DNA of 64,000 nucleotides from Schmidtea polychroa (lineage: Eukaryota), in contig CM097885.1 in the NCBI GenBank assembly GCA_044892525.1, forward strand, positions 43,526,001 to 43,590,000, given 5' to 3'. Shown here one piece after another: positions 36,801 through 52,015 of the stretch. Made by a program: the position numbers and the translations under genes. The notes under the pieces were generated by a model. That model saw only the letters and a program-made list of their open reading frames with translations, searched no databases and had not been told where the DNA came from. Position 1 is the stretch's first letter; the number at the start of each line of letters is the position of its first letter.

Positions 36801-39800
36801 TTAAAACAAGTCAATAAAATATAGCAAATTATCAAGAAATTAATTAAATTTGTCTTAGAATTAACACTAAAACCTTAAATTTTTAAATATTTTTTCAATT
36901 ATTCACAAAAAGGTTAGTAATAATGTTAATAAAAACCCCACAACTCTAAAAATTACCAATGAATTTAATGCTAATTAATAACCAAAAATTTGCCTAAATA
37001 AAATCATTAAAACACACCAGTACCTTTACGACCAGTACCGTTACGAGCAGTACCAATTGTGAACAGTACCCATAGAGGGAGAAAATATCTTGTCGGATAA
37101 ACTCATAGTATATATAATAAAACGAATTAACAATAACTCCATCAAATTGAATCAGTCAAATTAACACAAATTTTGATAAAAAAATCTTATTCTAAAATGG
37201 TAAGAAGCGTAAAGTCGAAAGATAATTTTAATAACACCGAGATAAATTAAAAATATTAATCTCAGGTGGTAAGAATCTTCATTAAAGTGAGGAAATTATA
37301 AGAACTATCAATTGCTATAAAATATTTAAACGAATTTAGTTTTGTTGTTTTATGTCTCTCGATTATATTTGAGTAAGTTTTCGTGTGTCCCTTTTAACTT
37401 TGAGTGCTCATTTTCATTGAAAAGAGTAATGTATCTTAAATTATCTTTTAGACTATATGTTTTTGAAAATGATATATTTAGTGTAAAATAGTAAATTTAA
37501 TAATAAATTGCTAATATTAAAGGATTTAATCAAAATTTAATATATGAATTTATCATAATTACTCAGTCAAATATCATTCACGGTTTCTTATGTAATAAAA
37601 TAATCATTTGGGGATTAAATACTTTATTAAATAAAAGTTTATCACATTATTAAAATATTTTAATTCGTTAGTAACTCCTATAATAGAAATAATCTTATTT
37701 ATATATCGTCGTCACTTATATCCGTCGATTCTCGATTTCCCACTAATTATTATCACTTATATCCTCCCGACAAATATTTCTTTTAAAATTGTATTAAATA
37801 TGTTTTATTAAAGTGATCATTTTATGAATTTTTATGAAAATTATGAATTTTATGAAATAATTTTAAATAAATACAATTAATATATATCTAGCCACTTCTC
37901 AGTATATTTTCATTGACTTTCCATAATCTAATAATGAATAATTCTAACACTTATTTTAACCCTTTTGATATCTCGGTGTTATTAAAATTATCTTTCGACT
38001 TTACGCTTCTTACCATTTTAGAATAAGATTTTTTTATCAAAATTTGTGTTAATTTGACTGATTCAATTTGATGGAGTTATTGTTAATTCGTTTTATTATA
38101 TATACTATGAGTTTATCCGACAAGATATTTTCTCCCTCTATGGGTACTGTTCACAATTGGTACTGCTCGTAACGGTACTGGTCGTAAAGGTACTGGTGTG
38201 TTTTAATGATTTTATTTAGGCAAATTTTTGGTTATTAATTAGCATTAAATTCATTGGTAATTTTTAGAGTTGTGGGGTTTTTATTAACATTATTACTAAC
38301 CTTTTTGTGAATAATTGAAAAAATATTTAAAAATTTAAGGTTTTAGTGTTAATTCTAAGACAAATTTAATTAATTTCTTGATAATTTGCTATATTTTATT
38401 GACTTGTTTTAAATTTAATTTTAAATAAAAATTATTTTTAATGACAGTTAGGTTAATAATTAGAGTTTTTACAATAATCAAGTGATTATTATTTAATTTT
38501 TATGATGACTTTGTAATGATATTGACAAAATAATTCTTTCATATATTTTCTACGAATATTGATGAACTTTTAAATATTGAAAATCTAAAGTTGAAACCAG
38601 CTAATTTTATCATGATGATATATTTGAAATCTACTTGAAAATTGTTGTAAAATATACTGAAATTTGTGATTTTGAAAGATATAATTGCTATAATTGGCTG
38701 AATCGATGAAGAATTATGATCAATATATTTCATTTCTAGTTAGGTATTTGATGGTAAATGTGGTGAAATATTTGTAGAAAATATTGATTTTAGTGATCTT
38801 TTAGTGGGCTCTTACTACATGAATTTAGATACTAAATTATTTCAATGGAAGAATGTCTGTAACAATTAAATAAAATTCATATTTTGAAGAATTTTCTATG
38901 GATTTCAAGAGAATTGATATATTAAAGTCGGTTGGATTTAGTGAAGGTTCAGTTAAGATGGTATTTAAAGGGGGTATTTAATGGGGTAGAAATATTTAGT
39001 GAGGGATCGGTTAAGGCGGAAATGTTTGAAATCTCTATTTAAATCGACAATGTTCTTATTGGTAAAATATCAAAGGGACATAGTCAGTATTTAGCTATGA
39101 ATTAATAATCGTTCCTGTGAAATTATATCGTTTTATTAGGTTGTGATGAATGTTATGGCACAGTAATATTAGGTTTTAGAACCAGTTTTTATTAATTATC
39201 CACTGTTTTATTAAGTCGTTTAGGGTTAATGATCAATTTACTTGGTTTTGACAATGAAATATTTGAAATCTTTAGAATTAATTGGGATTGATATCAAAGG
39301 TTATTGCTTTAAATTATTTTATTTAAGAAGTTATTTTATTCATTGTGGGATATCTGTGACAAAACTTGAGAAATATTGACTTAAAAGTTGGAAATCGACA
39401 ACAGCTAAAGAAAATTGATCTTTATTGAAAATATTTTATGATTTTAATTAGATTTCTAGAAATTAAATCGGTTGAATATTAAGGGTAAAGGGAAGGAATA
39501 TTGTTATCGGATGGATAAATCTTTCAATGATATTTTGCTAAATTACCTTTGCTAAATATTATTTTAAATGACTAAAAAAGAGAAAATTAACCAATATTCA
39601 TAAATTGATCGCACAAAATATCCCTGTTTTGGTAAAAGTTACTCAAAATCCCTATTTAAAAATGTTAACCATGTATAAGATATATTACACCCAATGATCA
39701 TCTCATTAAATTAGAAAAGAATTGTAACCCTATATTTCTAACTAATAAGCACCTTAATTGGTAAATTGATAACAAATGATCATGTTTCTATTATGACTCC

Positions 39801-41325
39801 TTTTGCCTCAAACAAAGATAGAAATTTACTCCAAATGATAAAGATTTTCTACCAAAATTATCAATGAATATATTAATAACCATGCATTTCTCACGAAGTT
39901 ATATTAACTATTGTAATGAACATTAGATGAATAAATTACCTATGAAATACTAAATATTCATATCTTACCTTTTGCTAAATATTATTTTAAATGACTAAAC
40001 ATGACAACGTTAACCAATAAATTAGACGCTCGAAATGAGAATTCGGTAAGTTACATTCAAAATATTCAAATTATTCACGAATTTCTGATATCTATGATCA
40101 TCCATTTCTCACTAAATTACCTAAGAATTTTTAACTAATATACAGGTGCTTTAATTAATATACCCTTGCGACATGTTGAATGTAAGCAGTACCCTTACGA
40201 CAAATACACATAGGGGGACAAAATATTTTTGTCGGATAAATTCAGACTTTATATAAAAACTTACAATATGCTATGGTTTTATTGAGTAATTTGTTGTATA
40301 TTGCATTGATACATCAAAATGTCAGATAATATTTATAAATTAACTAAGAAATACACAAAAATACTATATTAACTAAGAATTCAGTTATGTTTCTAGTTAA
40401 ATAATTGAGATAATTGATATTACTATCAACTATATAAAAGAAATGTTATGAATCCAAGAATATTTTAATTAAATGGTACAGCCAAAAACCATGGATTTCT
40501 AACTAAATTTTTAAATTTATCTGGAAATATTTTACTTAAGAAATTGCTATATATTTAAAATAACCATGTATTATTTATCAAATTGCCTAAAAATTTGCTA
40601 TATGGTATTGTTAAACAAAATAATAAAATTAAAAATAATAATATTATGTCAGGGCATGAGAAAATAATATAATTGTATGACTAATAAATTTGCAATACAA
40701 ATGCATAATTAACAAAGACTTTGCAATAAATGGGCATGATTAACAAAGACACTAGAAATATTATCTTTACATTTTGTCGAAGATGATTATGGCAGTAATA
40801 TCAGAGGAAAATCAATGGACAGAAGAAAAGCATCATTATGATTTATAATAATTGTAAATATAATTGTATATATAATTGTAAATTTCCATATATATAATAA
40901 CCACTATATAAAAAAATTAATACAAATATTAAAACAAAATGAATATATTTTAATCAAAAAGTATTACAATAAAACAATAAATTTATAAAAACAAATTAAA
41001 ACATTTATTTCCGAAAAAATAATAACCAATACATCCAGCATCTTCATGGTTCTTGCGAAGATCTTTTTCCATTTTGATGAACTCATGGTTATATTTCATT
41101 TTGAATAATCTTAAAATAATATTATAAATACCATTCCCTTCATCATATCATCAACATTTGGTAGTTGCGCCTAATATAATTAATTACCAAGCTGATTTCA
41201 TATTATTCAATGTTTTGAAAATTTCCTACATTATAGTACCGTCATTATGTATGTTAATAATTCATTTGGCTTTGATATTGTATTTATTTGTATTGAGAAC
41301 TTACATGTATATAGTATGATATTCA

Positions 41326-41640
41326 TTAATCAGTTAAACAATTGCGAACATTCTTCTCGTGACACTTAGAACAAACAATTAAGTGACCACACGGTAAATA
41401 CAAAACCGAAACTTGATTTTCTTTACAAATTAAACAAGTTAAATACCTTTTCTTAACATCGTTCAGTTTTTCCGTTAGCTTATTTTCAATCAAATCGGCT
41501 TTTGCTATCCATTCATAAATCAATCTACTATATCCCTGTTTCAACATTAAATACATACAACTCCAAAAGTATTCATTCAGTGAATCGTTGTTTACCACTA
41601 TTTTTTTTTCTAAATACATTAAATAACTAGATAACTTCAA
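41326..41640 (-). pseudogene. Mirror copy of the RING protein remnant in the right arm of element B
   Basis: Translation identical to 33573-33887. Confidence 0.75.
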
Positions 41641-42943
41641 AACGCATTTATCATAATTAAATAAATAAAATCAAATATTCAATAGAGGAATGTTTGAAAA
41701 TCTTTAAAATATTTATGATTTGCTTATCACTGTAAGTATCATGATTATTTATAAAATCTTCAACTGTGTTGTTAAAAAATTTCATTGAAATTTCGGAATC
41801 GGTCGGACTTAATTTTTCCTTATTTCTTCCTTGCTATAAATGACATATAAAAAAAATATTGACAAAATAATAAAGTTACCAAATGTGTTACACATTCAAC
41901 GGTTTTATTTGTATAAATCATTATTAATAACTAAATTACTTTTGTTTTTTTTTTACATTTATAAAAATTGTGATAACCAATCAAAATAGAGCTTTCAAAA
42001 TGTAACCATCAAATGTATAATAATAATAAGCATGACTAGTACCCTTGCAACCTGTTGAGTGTGAGCAGTACCCATAGGGGGACAAAATATTTTGTCGGAT
42101 AGACTAGGAGTATATATAATAATAATAATAAAAATAATAATATACTTTGAAATAAATAATAAGAAAATAATTTTGAAAATGATAATAATAATATTTTATA
42201 AATAAACTAAGAATTTTGAAGAAAATAATGATGAAAATATTGAAAATCGTGAAAATTATGAAAATGTTGAAAATTATTAAAATATTCAAGGAAATGATGA
42301 AAATGTTGAAAATGATGAAAATATTGAAAAGGATGAAAACGTTAAACATTATGAAAATGTTCCCTAAAATAATCATCAAATATTGAAAATCGTAAATTGA
42401 TGCAGAAAATAAGTTTTATGAATATTTAAGTAAATAATAATAAAACATCGAAAATAAAATAATAAGAACTTTGCAAATAATAATAATAATAATAATATTG
42501 ATAAAAACTTTGAAAATAATTTGAAAATAATTCTTTGAAAATAATACTTTGAAAAATATTCGATGAATAGTTCCTGAAATAATCATGAAAATGTTGAAAA
42601 TCGTGAAAATATTGAAAATGTAGAAAATTGTTAAAATTCATGCAAATGATGAAAATATTGAAAATCATGTAATTGACGTAGAAAATAAGTTTTATGAATA
42701 TTTAAGTAAATAATAATAATGAAACTTCTAAATTAATATAATAATTAGAACTTTGCAAATAATAATAAAAATAATAATAATAATAAAAAATAATAATAAT
42801 AATTCTTTGAAAATAATTCTTTGAAAATAATAATGAAAAAATAATAATCATGAAAATGTTGAAAATCGTGAAAATGTTGAAAATCGTGAAAATTATGAAA
42901 TTGACGTAGAAATTAAGTTTCATGAATATTTGCAATAATAATC

Positions 42944-43070
<127 letters not shown>

Positions 43071-43311
43071 GAACTTTGAAAAACTGAACGGAAATATTAC
43101 TTTGAAAAATATTTGATGAAAATGTTCATGTAACTAATTAAAATGTTCCTGAAATAATAATGAAAATACTGAAAATGGAAAAAATTATGAAAATATTAAA
43201 AATTATTAAAATATGCAAATGATGAAAATGTTGAAAATCATGAAATTGACGTAGAAATTAAGTTTTATGAAGATTTGCAATAATAATCATAATAATAATA
43301 ATAATAATAAT

Positions 43312-43342
<31 letters not shown>

Positions 43343-43353
43343 TTAATAATAAC

Positions 43354-43419
<66 letters not shown>

Positions 43420-45018
43420 TGTAATCTTCCGCGCGGGCGTTCTTTCCCAATAATAATGATAAATTAAATTATTACGTAATCGATAATTAAACCAAAAAAA
43501 ATAATATAATCAACGATTTAAATAAAATTAAATTATTACATAATCGATAATTTAAACAAAAATAAAAATATTATCATAAAATCAACAATTTAAACAAAAT
43601 TAAATTATTACGTAATTGATAATTAAAACAAAAAAATATTATTATATATTTAACCATTTAAACAATATTAAATTATTAAGTAATCGATAATTAAAACAAA
43701 AATAAAAATATTATCATAAAATCAACAATTTAAACAAAATTAAATTATTACGTAATTGATAATTAAAACAAAAAAATATTATTATATAATTAACCATTTA
43801 AACAATATTAAATTATTAAGTAATCGATAATTAAAACAAAAACAAAATATTATCATTTAATCAACAATTTAAAAAAATAAAATTATTACATAATTAATAA
43901 TTAAAACAAAAAAAATATTATTATATAATTAACGATTTAAACAATATTAAATTATTAAGTAATCGATAATTAAAACAAAAATAAACATATTATTATATAA
44001 TCAACGATTTAAACAAAATTAAATTATTAAGTAATCGATAATTAAAACAAAAATAAAAATATTATCATATAATCAACGATTTAAACAAAATTTAATTATT
44101 ACATAATTGACAATTAAAAGAAAAAATAAAAATATTATTGTATAATCAACGATTTAAACAAAATTAAATTATTAAATAATCGATAATTAAAACAAAAATA
44201 ATATGACCTTGAAAATAATAATATGACCTTGAAATTAATAATATTTTGAAAAATAATAATATGACCTTGAAAATAATAATATTTTGAAAAATAATAATAT
44301 GACCTTGAAAATAATAATATTTTGAAAAATAATAATATGACCTTGAAAATAATAATATTTTGAAAAATAATAATATGACCTTGAAAATAATAATATTTTG
44401 AAAAATAATAATATGACCTTGAAAATAATAATATTTTGAAAAATAATAATATGACCTTGAAAATAATAATATTTTGAAAAATAATAATATGACCTTGAAA
44501 ATAATAATATTTTGAAAAAATAATAATATGACCTTGAAAATAATAATATTTTGAAAAATAATAATATGACCTTGAAAATAATAATATTTTGAAAAATAAT
44601 AATATGACCTTGAAAATAATAATATTTTGAAAAATAATAATATGACCTTGAAAATAATAATATTTTGAAAAATAATAATATGACCTTGAAAATAATAATA
44701 TTTTGAAAAATAATAATATGACCTTGAAAATAATAATATGACCTTGAAAATAATAATATTTTGAAAAATAATAATATGACCTTGAAAATAATAATATTTT
44801 GAAAAATAATAATATGACCTTGAAAATAATAATATTTTGAAAAATAATAATATGACCTTGGAAAAAAAAATAATAATATCAATTTGAAAAAATAAAATAA
44901 TCGAATGCGAGTTATTGAGCGTGAGCAGTACCCTTGTGAGCATTACCCATAGGGGGACAAAATATTTTGTCGGATAGACTCGGTGTATATAGATTAATAC
45001 TAATAATACTAATAATAC

Positions 45019-45241
<223 letters not shown>

Positions 45242-45242
45242 C

Positions 45243-45282
<40 letters not shown>

Positions 45283-48200
45283 TAATAATAATAATAAGAT
45301 ATATGGCTCATTCGAAAGGTCTTGGATTGAGCTTTAAAATGAGCTATCGATTATTAATTTTCGTTGGCGGGAACTTTGAAAAAATTAAAAATAAAATAAT
45401 AATATTTTTAAAAATAATAATAAAAATAATAATATTTTTAAAAATAATAATATGACCTTGATGAGTCATCGCGATGACTCATATGACCTTGGGAATGACC
45501 TTGGATGAGTCATGTGACCTTGAAAATGACCTTGATGAGTCATAGGATGACTCAGATGACCTTGAAAATGACCTTGAAAATTTTGATGAGTCATCGGATG
45601 AGTCATATGACCTTGGGAATGACCTTGATGAGTCATAGGATGAGTCATATGACCTTGAAAAAATTTTTCAAGGTCAAATGAGTCATACTATGAGTCATAT
45701 GCCCTTGAAAATGACCTTGGTGAGTCATACTATGAGTCATATGACCTTGAAAAAAATTGTTCAAGGTCAAATGAGTCATACTATGAGTCATATGACCTTG
45801 AAAATGACCTTGATGAGTCATACTATGAGTCATGGTCTTTGTTTCAATGACCTTGATGAGTCATACTATGAGTCATATGACCTTGAAAATGACCTTGATG
45901 AGTCATGGTCTTTGTTTAAATGACCTTGAGAAATTTTTTTGAACTTGATGAGTCATATTATGAGTCATATGACCTTGAAAATGACCTTGATGAGTCATCG
46001 GATGAGTCATGGTCTTTGTTTAAATGACCTTGAAAAATTTTATGAGTCATAGGATGACTCATGGTCTTTGTTTCAATGACCTTGATGAGTCATATGTCTT
46101 TGTTTAAATTTGACCTTGAAAAAAAATGTACTTTTAGACTTAGAATATTTTTGGAAATCTTACCGACGGGGGGGGAGGGGGGGGTACTGTTCTAGCGGTG
46201 CCCTGTGCCAGCGGTGCCCAATCCATCTACTGACTGAGCATTCCCTCAGTTTGTATATTGAATTTTTTGTTTGCTTTTCATTTTTCAATATTTGTTATTT
46301 TAGGACAATTTCTTGTTCCATTTTTTAAAATTTAGAATTCTTGTTAATTGACATAAGAACACGAATAGTTAACACAATATATAATATTATTTGTACAATT
46401 ATTTCTTGAAAATGCAAAAGTCAATAAGAATATTTGTTTATGTACTTAGTGCTAATAAAAAAAATCGTTGGAAATAAAAATGAGCAAAAGTGACGTCATT
46501 AATCCAACTTTTTTGTGGGTTTCATTTTGAATTTTGTTTTTTACTTTAAATTTGAAGAAGAAAAATTTTATTATTATTATTACTGAAAATTATTTAATCA
46601 ATTTTAAAATTTATCAATAACAATTTGTGACGCATTGCGTTTAATTATAATTAAAATTATTTGTTAATTAGTTATTTGTAAAATATTTGATTTCACCGAG
46701 AACCAAATATCAAGATATTGTCATCAATAAAAATAAAATATATAATTACAGCTTAATATCACAAATAAATAAGTTAATAGATCACATCAAATTGTTAATA
46801 GGTTATATACTGTTCTTAATTCATCATCAAGATCTCGAATCACTCCTTGTTCTGTATGTGTATACCCCATATTTATCTTTTCCTATCATGTAGTACTTCA
46901 GTCTTTAATGTTCGCCTATCTTCTAACAATACTTAACCAGAACAGGTGCAGAAAAATGATAAAACTTGAGGGTCTAAAATGAATTAATTAGGGTTCTATC
47001 CTATTCGACTCATGAAATGAATTTTTAACATTTTAAGAAATAAGTGGATTAACGACATAGTTACAGTATATGTAGCACAAGATCTCGAGGAGTCCCAGAA
47101 TACAATTGTTGGGCTGAAACCGAGAACTGAGAGTTTGTTTTAATCAATCGAAAAATACCTAACACAAAAACCGCAAAGTTGAAAAAATTTATGACCAAGG
47201 TTTAATATAAAATAAATAAAATAAATTTCATCACACATTAAGAGTCAATAAACCCCGTATAATAGATTAAAGAGATAAATAAATTTAACAGAAAAATTCA
47301 ACACTTAAAAATTTCGATAGAAAAATAATAAAATGTAAAATAGAATTAGTTGAAAATTATTTAAATAATATAAAAATTAAATCGTCAAAATAATAAAATT
47401 AGTCAGCATTATGTAAATTGTAAAGTTTATAGAATTAAATGGTTAGGTAACTTATTAAATTTAAAGATAAAAATGTTTAAATTAATAAAAATTAGTATAA
47501 CTCAAATTATTTAAATTATAAAATTTATAAAATTAAAATTAATAAAAATTAAATAATTAATTAATTAAATTAATGAAATTAAAGAAAAATAAATAATTGC
47601 ATACACTCATGTAGGTATGCAAAATTAAGTCAAAATTTCTCGCACTCTAATTGGATAGAGTGACAGCGCATGCATGAATGCGCATTCAAAATCAGTATAA
47701 ATAATGATCACAAATTCATTTGAAAAAACTTTTTTTTCAGCACCACAATGTAATTTGCAGACAGTAAAGCTCTCAGTTTTCGATTTTATGCCATCGTGGA
47801 TTTGGTAATTTATTTTTATTTTTATTGTAATTTTTACGAAGTGTTTTAATTAATAAATTTTATATGCAATTAATGTCTCAGTTAAATTTTCTTTTGTTGT
47901 CCTTTTTAATGGTTTAATTTCATTTAGTTTCAAGTTTTAAATAATAGTTTTATTGAGTTCAATTATATTACTTATTGATTATGAACAATAGTACCGTGGA
48001 ATTGAGATCCAGCATATCATGGTTTGGGGTACCTTCGGGATGCTCAGACTGATGGGTATGCTGGTTTTTCAATCGCGCAGCTGATTTTGGGCCGAAATGT
48101 GGAGGCTTCTCCACGGGTCCGTCGCTGGAAGTACTTTGGTCAAACATAGGTTAGGACTAAGAATACAGGCAGATCCCTGCTCAAATTTTTTGAAGAACAA

Positions 48201-48689
48201 TTTAAATATTATGGGAAGCGTGGATTAACTTGGAAATAGGGGCCGATCCCTGCTCAAATCTTTTGCGAGATAGGATAAATATTCATAAATATCAAGAAAA
48301 ATACCTAGCAACCTTTATTAATAGAAAAATAAGGGCGCATCCCTACACAAAATTTTGAAAGGGAACAATAGAAAACATCTAGAAATGAGGACCATAGCCG
48401 AATGAGATAGAAAAGTAGAAATAGAAAATGATCGATGACGTAAGACCTTCTATCGGCCGTCTAGAACCCGAAGAGAAAATACAATGGGGAGTAGTTTTAG
48501 CAATAGAGCTCACCTGCTCATTGTTTTTTTCGCTTTTGTGAAGAGTACCAACATGGTCGTCGCCATGGGTACACAAATGGTTTAAAGTACAATAGTCATG
48601 GAGGTGCTTAGGAAAGAGTCGAGTGAATGCCTATAATTACCCCTAACGTATTTAAAATTTTAAATGACACACCCCTAAGTAACCAAGAC

Positions 48690-49160
48690 AATGGAAAACA
48701 CAGTTGAAAACTTTGACAAACTTTTAGACATTTGTAGATGATTAAAGAAGTTTGATATTATAGCTGTTTTGGAAGCCAACATAAAGGAGAAAAAATTATA
48801 GAATGAAAATGTGAGATTGTCCAAAACCAATAAATCAGACCAAGCCGATATTGGACCCAACGATCCAAAACTACAGCTTTGCAATTCAATTACGTCAAGT
48901 TTTAGTCGTTTATGAGTGACCACAACTCGAAACATTGAGGTTTGTTTATTGAAGACGTAGAATCATAAAGATGAGAAACCGGGTATATATCTTCTATAGA
49001 TGGTCTGTGAACTCTTAGATTGTCAGGATGTCGACGGTTTAACTTATGAAACCCACAATTTGCTGAAAATTACCCATTTGACACAGTATCAGCGCTACCC
49101 AACAACGGATATTAGATCGTTAAATATTTTGGCATGTAAATTGTATGGGAAATCGCTAAC
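48690..49160 (+). mobile_element. Possible decayed non-LTR retrotransposon (APE endonuclease remnant)
   Basis: NFDKLLDICR*LKKFDIIAVLEANI (cf. xDIIAVSETWL) and LTQYQRYPTTDIRSLNIL (cf. LxQxVxxPTRxxxxLDLI). Confidence 0.3.
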
Positions 49161-50050
49161 CAAGCAATTTTTTCATTTGAAAATAATTCTTCAGTATTTA
49201 TAAAATTATTAACAAGTAAGCATGATGACTCTTTAACAATAATATTTTTATTAGTTTTATTTGTTTAAACAATTTGTTATGTATTTAAACATTTTTCAAA
49301 TTCATTTTATCAACTACAACAAATACAATATAATAATTTCAAATCTCACTTAAAATGTCTATTGCATATAGATAGATTTATCGAAAAAAATAATAATAAA
49401 TTATGGAGTCGTAAATGATTCAATCTGTAGCCAAGAATCCGAATAAGAGAAGTTACAAATTTTAATAATGAAGCTCATCTTCTGTGTAACTCCTGTTAAA
49501 CAATACCAATATGACAGTAAAAACAAGAAGCTCGAGGTATATTACTTGTCAGAAATGTAAAATAATTTGGCATTTTCTTATGGTAACAGTAACCATAGCC
49601 GAATAATACCTGTGGAACAGGAATACCAAGAATTTATGAAAGGTTTAGTCCTTAATTTATTTTCATTCCTTCAAACTGTACAAAAATGTATTGGTTTTTT
49701 ATTTTTTAACACATTATATCTACATCCTGAAAGAATGAGAAGAAACGACATTGTAAATAACTAACTAAAATGAATAAGTTCAAAAGTGTTTTAACATTAC
49801 ATTTTATATTTTAAAATATTTTTCATAAATTTTCAAATAATAATACAAAAACAGAACTACAAAATATTTAATATATACTGACTCTAAATAAATACTAATA
49901 TTTTACTAAATAATATAATTTTATTACCTAGACTTATCTTGTTTAAATATACAATTACATTTGACAATAATAAGTCCCATTTTAAAAGTTTTTTTTAATC
50001 TCAGTTTTATAACCTAAAATAATAATTATTGCGCCATAAATTCAACTATA

Positions 50051-50598
50051 ATGCTAAATTTAAGGGATTTATTAATGTTCCTTGTAATAATTTATTTGGC
50101 TAATGGTGAAAAATTAAAACTGCAGATGCCTGGGGTAATGCCTAAGAGTAATGACGAATACATATGTTCTTCATTTCCTGTTCCAAATCATCACGAGAAT
50201 TCATATATTGTTTCCTATGAACCATTAGCTAATAAGTCGATAGCTCACCATATTCTGCTTTTTGGATGTACTTCACCATTTTCTACTGAATCATCCTTTT
50301 CATGTACATCAATTTGTGAAGATTCAAGTGAAAAAATATTATTTGGATGGGCTAGAGATGCAAAAACATTTCACTATCCATCTAATACCGGAATGGCCGT
50401 TGGAGGCAAATCGCATATTAACTATTTTGTACTTCAAGTACATTACCTAAACCCGTCAACTGTTGAAGATAAATCTGGATTAGTATTGGAATTGTCAACG
50501 AAATCACCAGATTATTTAGTTGGAATTTTTCTACTATTCTCATATTATGGAACAATTCAGCCAAAAACAAGAAAAGTTAATTTAGATGTGAGCTGCAG
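50051..50598 (+). CDS. PAM: Peptidylglycine alpha-amidating monooxygenase, first coding exon (signal peptide + PHM N-terminal domain)
   Basis: Hydrophobic signal, DEYIC, AHHILLFGC (CuH His pair), LFGWARDA and FVLQVHY; donor AG|GTTTGT at 50598/50599, phase 2. Confidence 0.92.
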
Positions 50599-51002
50599 GT
50601 TTGTGTTTCATTATTACATTTTTATGTTAATAAATCATTTTAAACCTATTGCAAAAATTTGAAGAAATAATTAAAATCGAAATAATTATTGCCCATACCA
50701 ATTGTATTGAATTAACTATTGAATTTTTAAGTTTTTTTATAGTGCAATATTGAATTCAAGAATTATTTTAAAGTTGTCATTACAATAGTAACACCTACAT
50801 ACTACAAAAAATCCGATATTACCAGTGTATATTAGATCCTCGTTATCAAATTTACATGGGTTCCGTTTGTACACTCCTGAATTTCTCAAATTTCTATATA
50901 ATTTAAATTTCTCACAACGACTAAATACCTATTTGTAATCTGTAATTTCGTGTTATCATGTGCAAACATGAATTTATTTTAAGTATTTGTTTTATTATTA
51001 GC

Positions 51003-51056
<54 letters not shown>

Positions 51057-51581
51057 TCTTAACTAACTCGAGCTTTAAAATTTGAATATTTTAAAATGAA
51101 ATTTATTTTAAGAAATTAACTAGAATTTATTCATTGGCATTCAAATTGTAATTAAAGATATTTTTATCTTGAGTTCAATCTAGCAAAATTATCATATTCC
51201 GAAAGAAAGGCGACAGATGTTTTTTGACTGACAATATCTGATTAACAATTAAACTATTTTTATTTGTATTTTGTTAACATAAATTCAACTCAGTTCAAGA
51301 AATTAAGTCATTTGTATTTGTTTAAAAATATATTTCCGATTGCTTTTATAACAATTTAGAAACAAACTTATTAAGAGATTTCGTTTTTGTTATTGTAGTG
51401 CCTCTGACTTCCACATTAATAATTAAACTTAAAATATATTATCAAATTAATTAAATTAAATTAAAATTATTGTTTAAATATTCTTTTCATTCAAAAACTA
51501 TATAAATCAATTCATGCATCATTCCCCATCCCAATCGTCAACTCTCATCAAAATCAATAAAAAAATATACCAAACATTCGA

Positions 51582-52015
51582 GAAGCTGAAGTCTTTGTTT
51601 TCCTATCTGTGATTTCTCTGTTGGTGAGCTTGATCATCAACACCTTCTATTCAACTAAAGACATTTTCCTTAGAATACTAATTCGCGATTCTAGTGATTC
51701 GCGATGAGCTTGATCATCAACACCTTCTATTCAACTAAAGACATTTTCCTTAGAATACTAATTCGCGATTCTAGTGATTCTCATGATAAATTTCGCTACG
51801 GGCGCCGGACTGACCCATCCGTCTTTGATTGCCAAAAGGAGTTAATGAACAAAGGTATTACAGATAAAGATGCCAATACTTTCACATCGTACAATACTGG
51901 AGTCTACATGCCCAAATGCAAGTTCATCAACAATCTCAGTACAACCGCCAGATCAAGTGCCCATGCTTTCGTGGGAACATTGACTGTTGGAACAAATATT
52001 TCTATGATTGCTTTC
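51582..52015 (+). pseudogene. HSP90: HSP90 N-terminal ATPase-domain pseudogene fragment in PAM intron 1
   Basis: EAEVFVF...[32 protein letters not shown]...TDPS...INNLSTTARS...ISMI versus HSP90 [32 protein letters not shown]...INNLGTIAKS...ISMIGQF. Conserved residues altered; internal 80-bp tandem duplication. Confidence 0.9.

Noticed and set aside
47990..48360. GC-richer block with three GATCCCTGCTCAAA-like repeats as a possible ncRNA
   Set aside because: No tRNA, rRNA or snRNA features recognised; more likely the untranslated part of a decayed retroelement.
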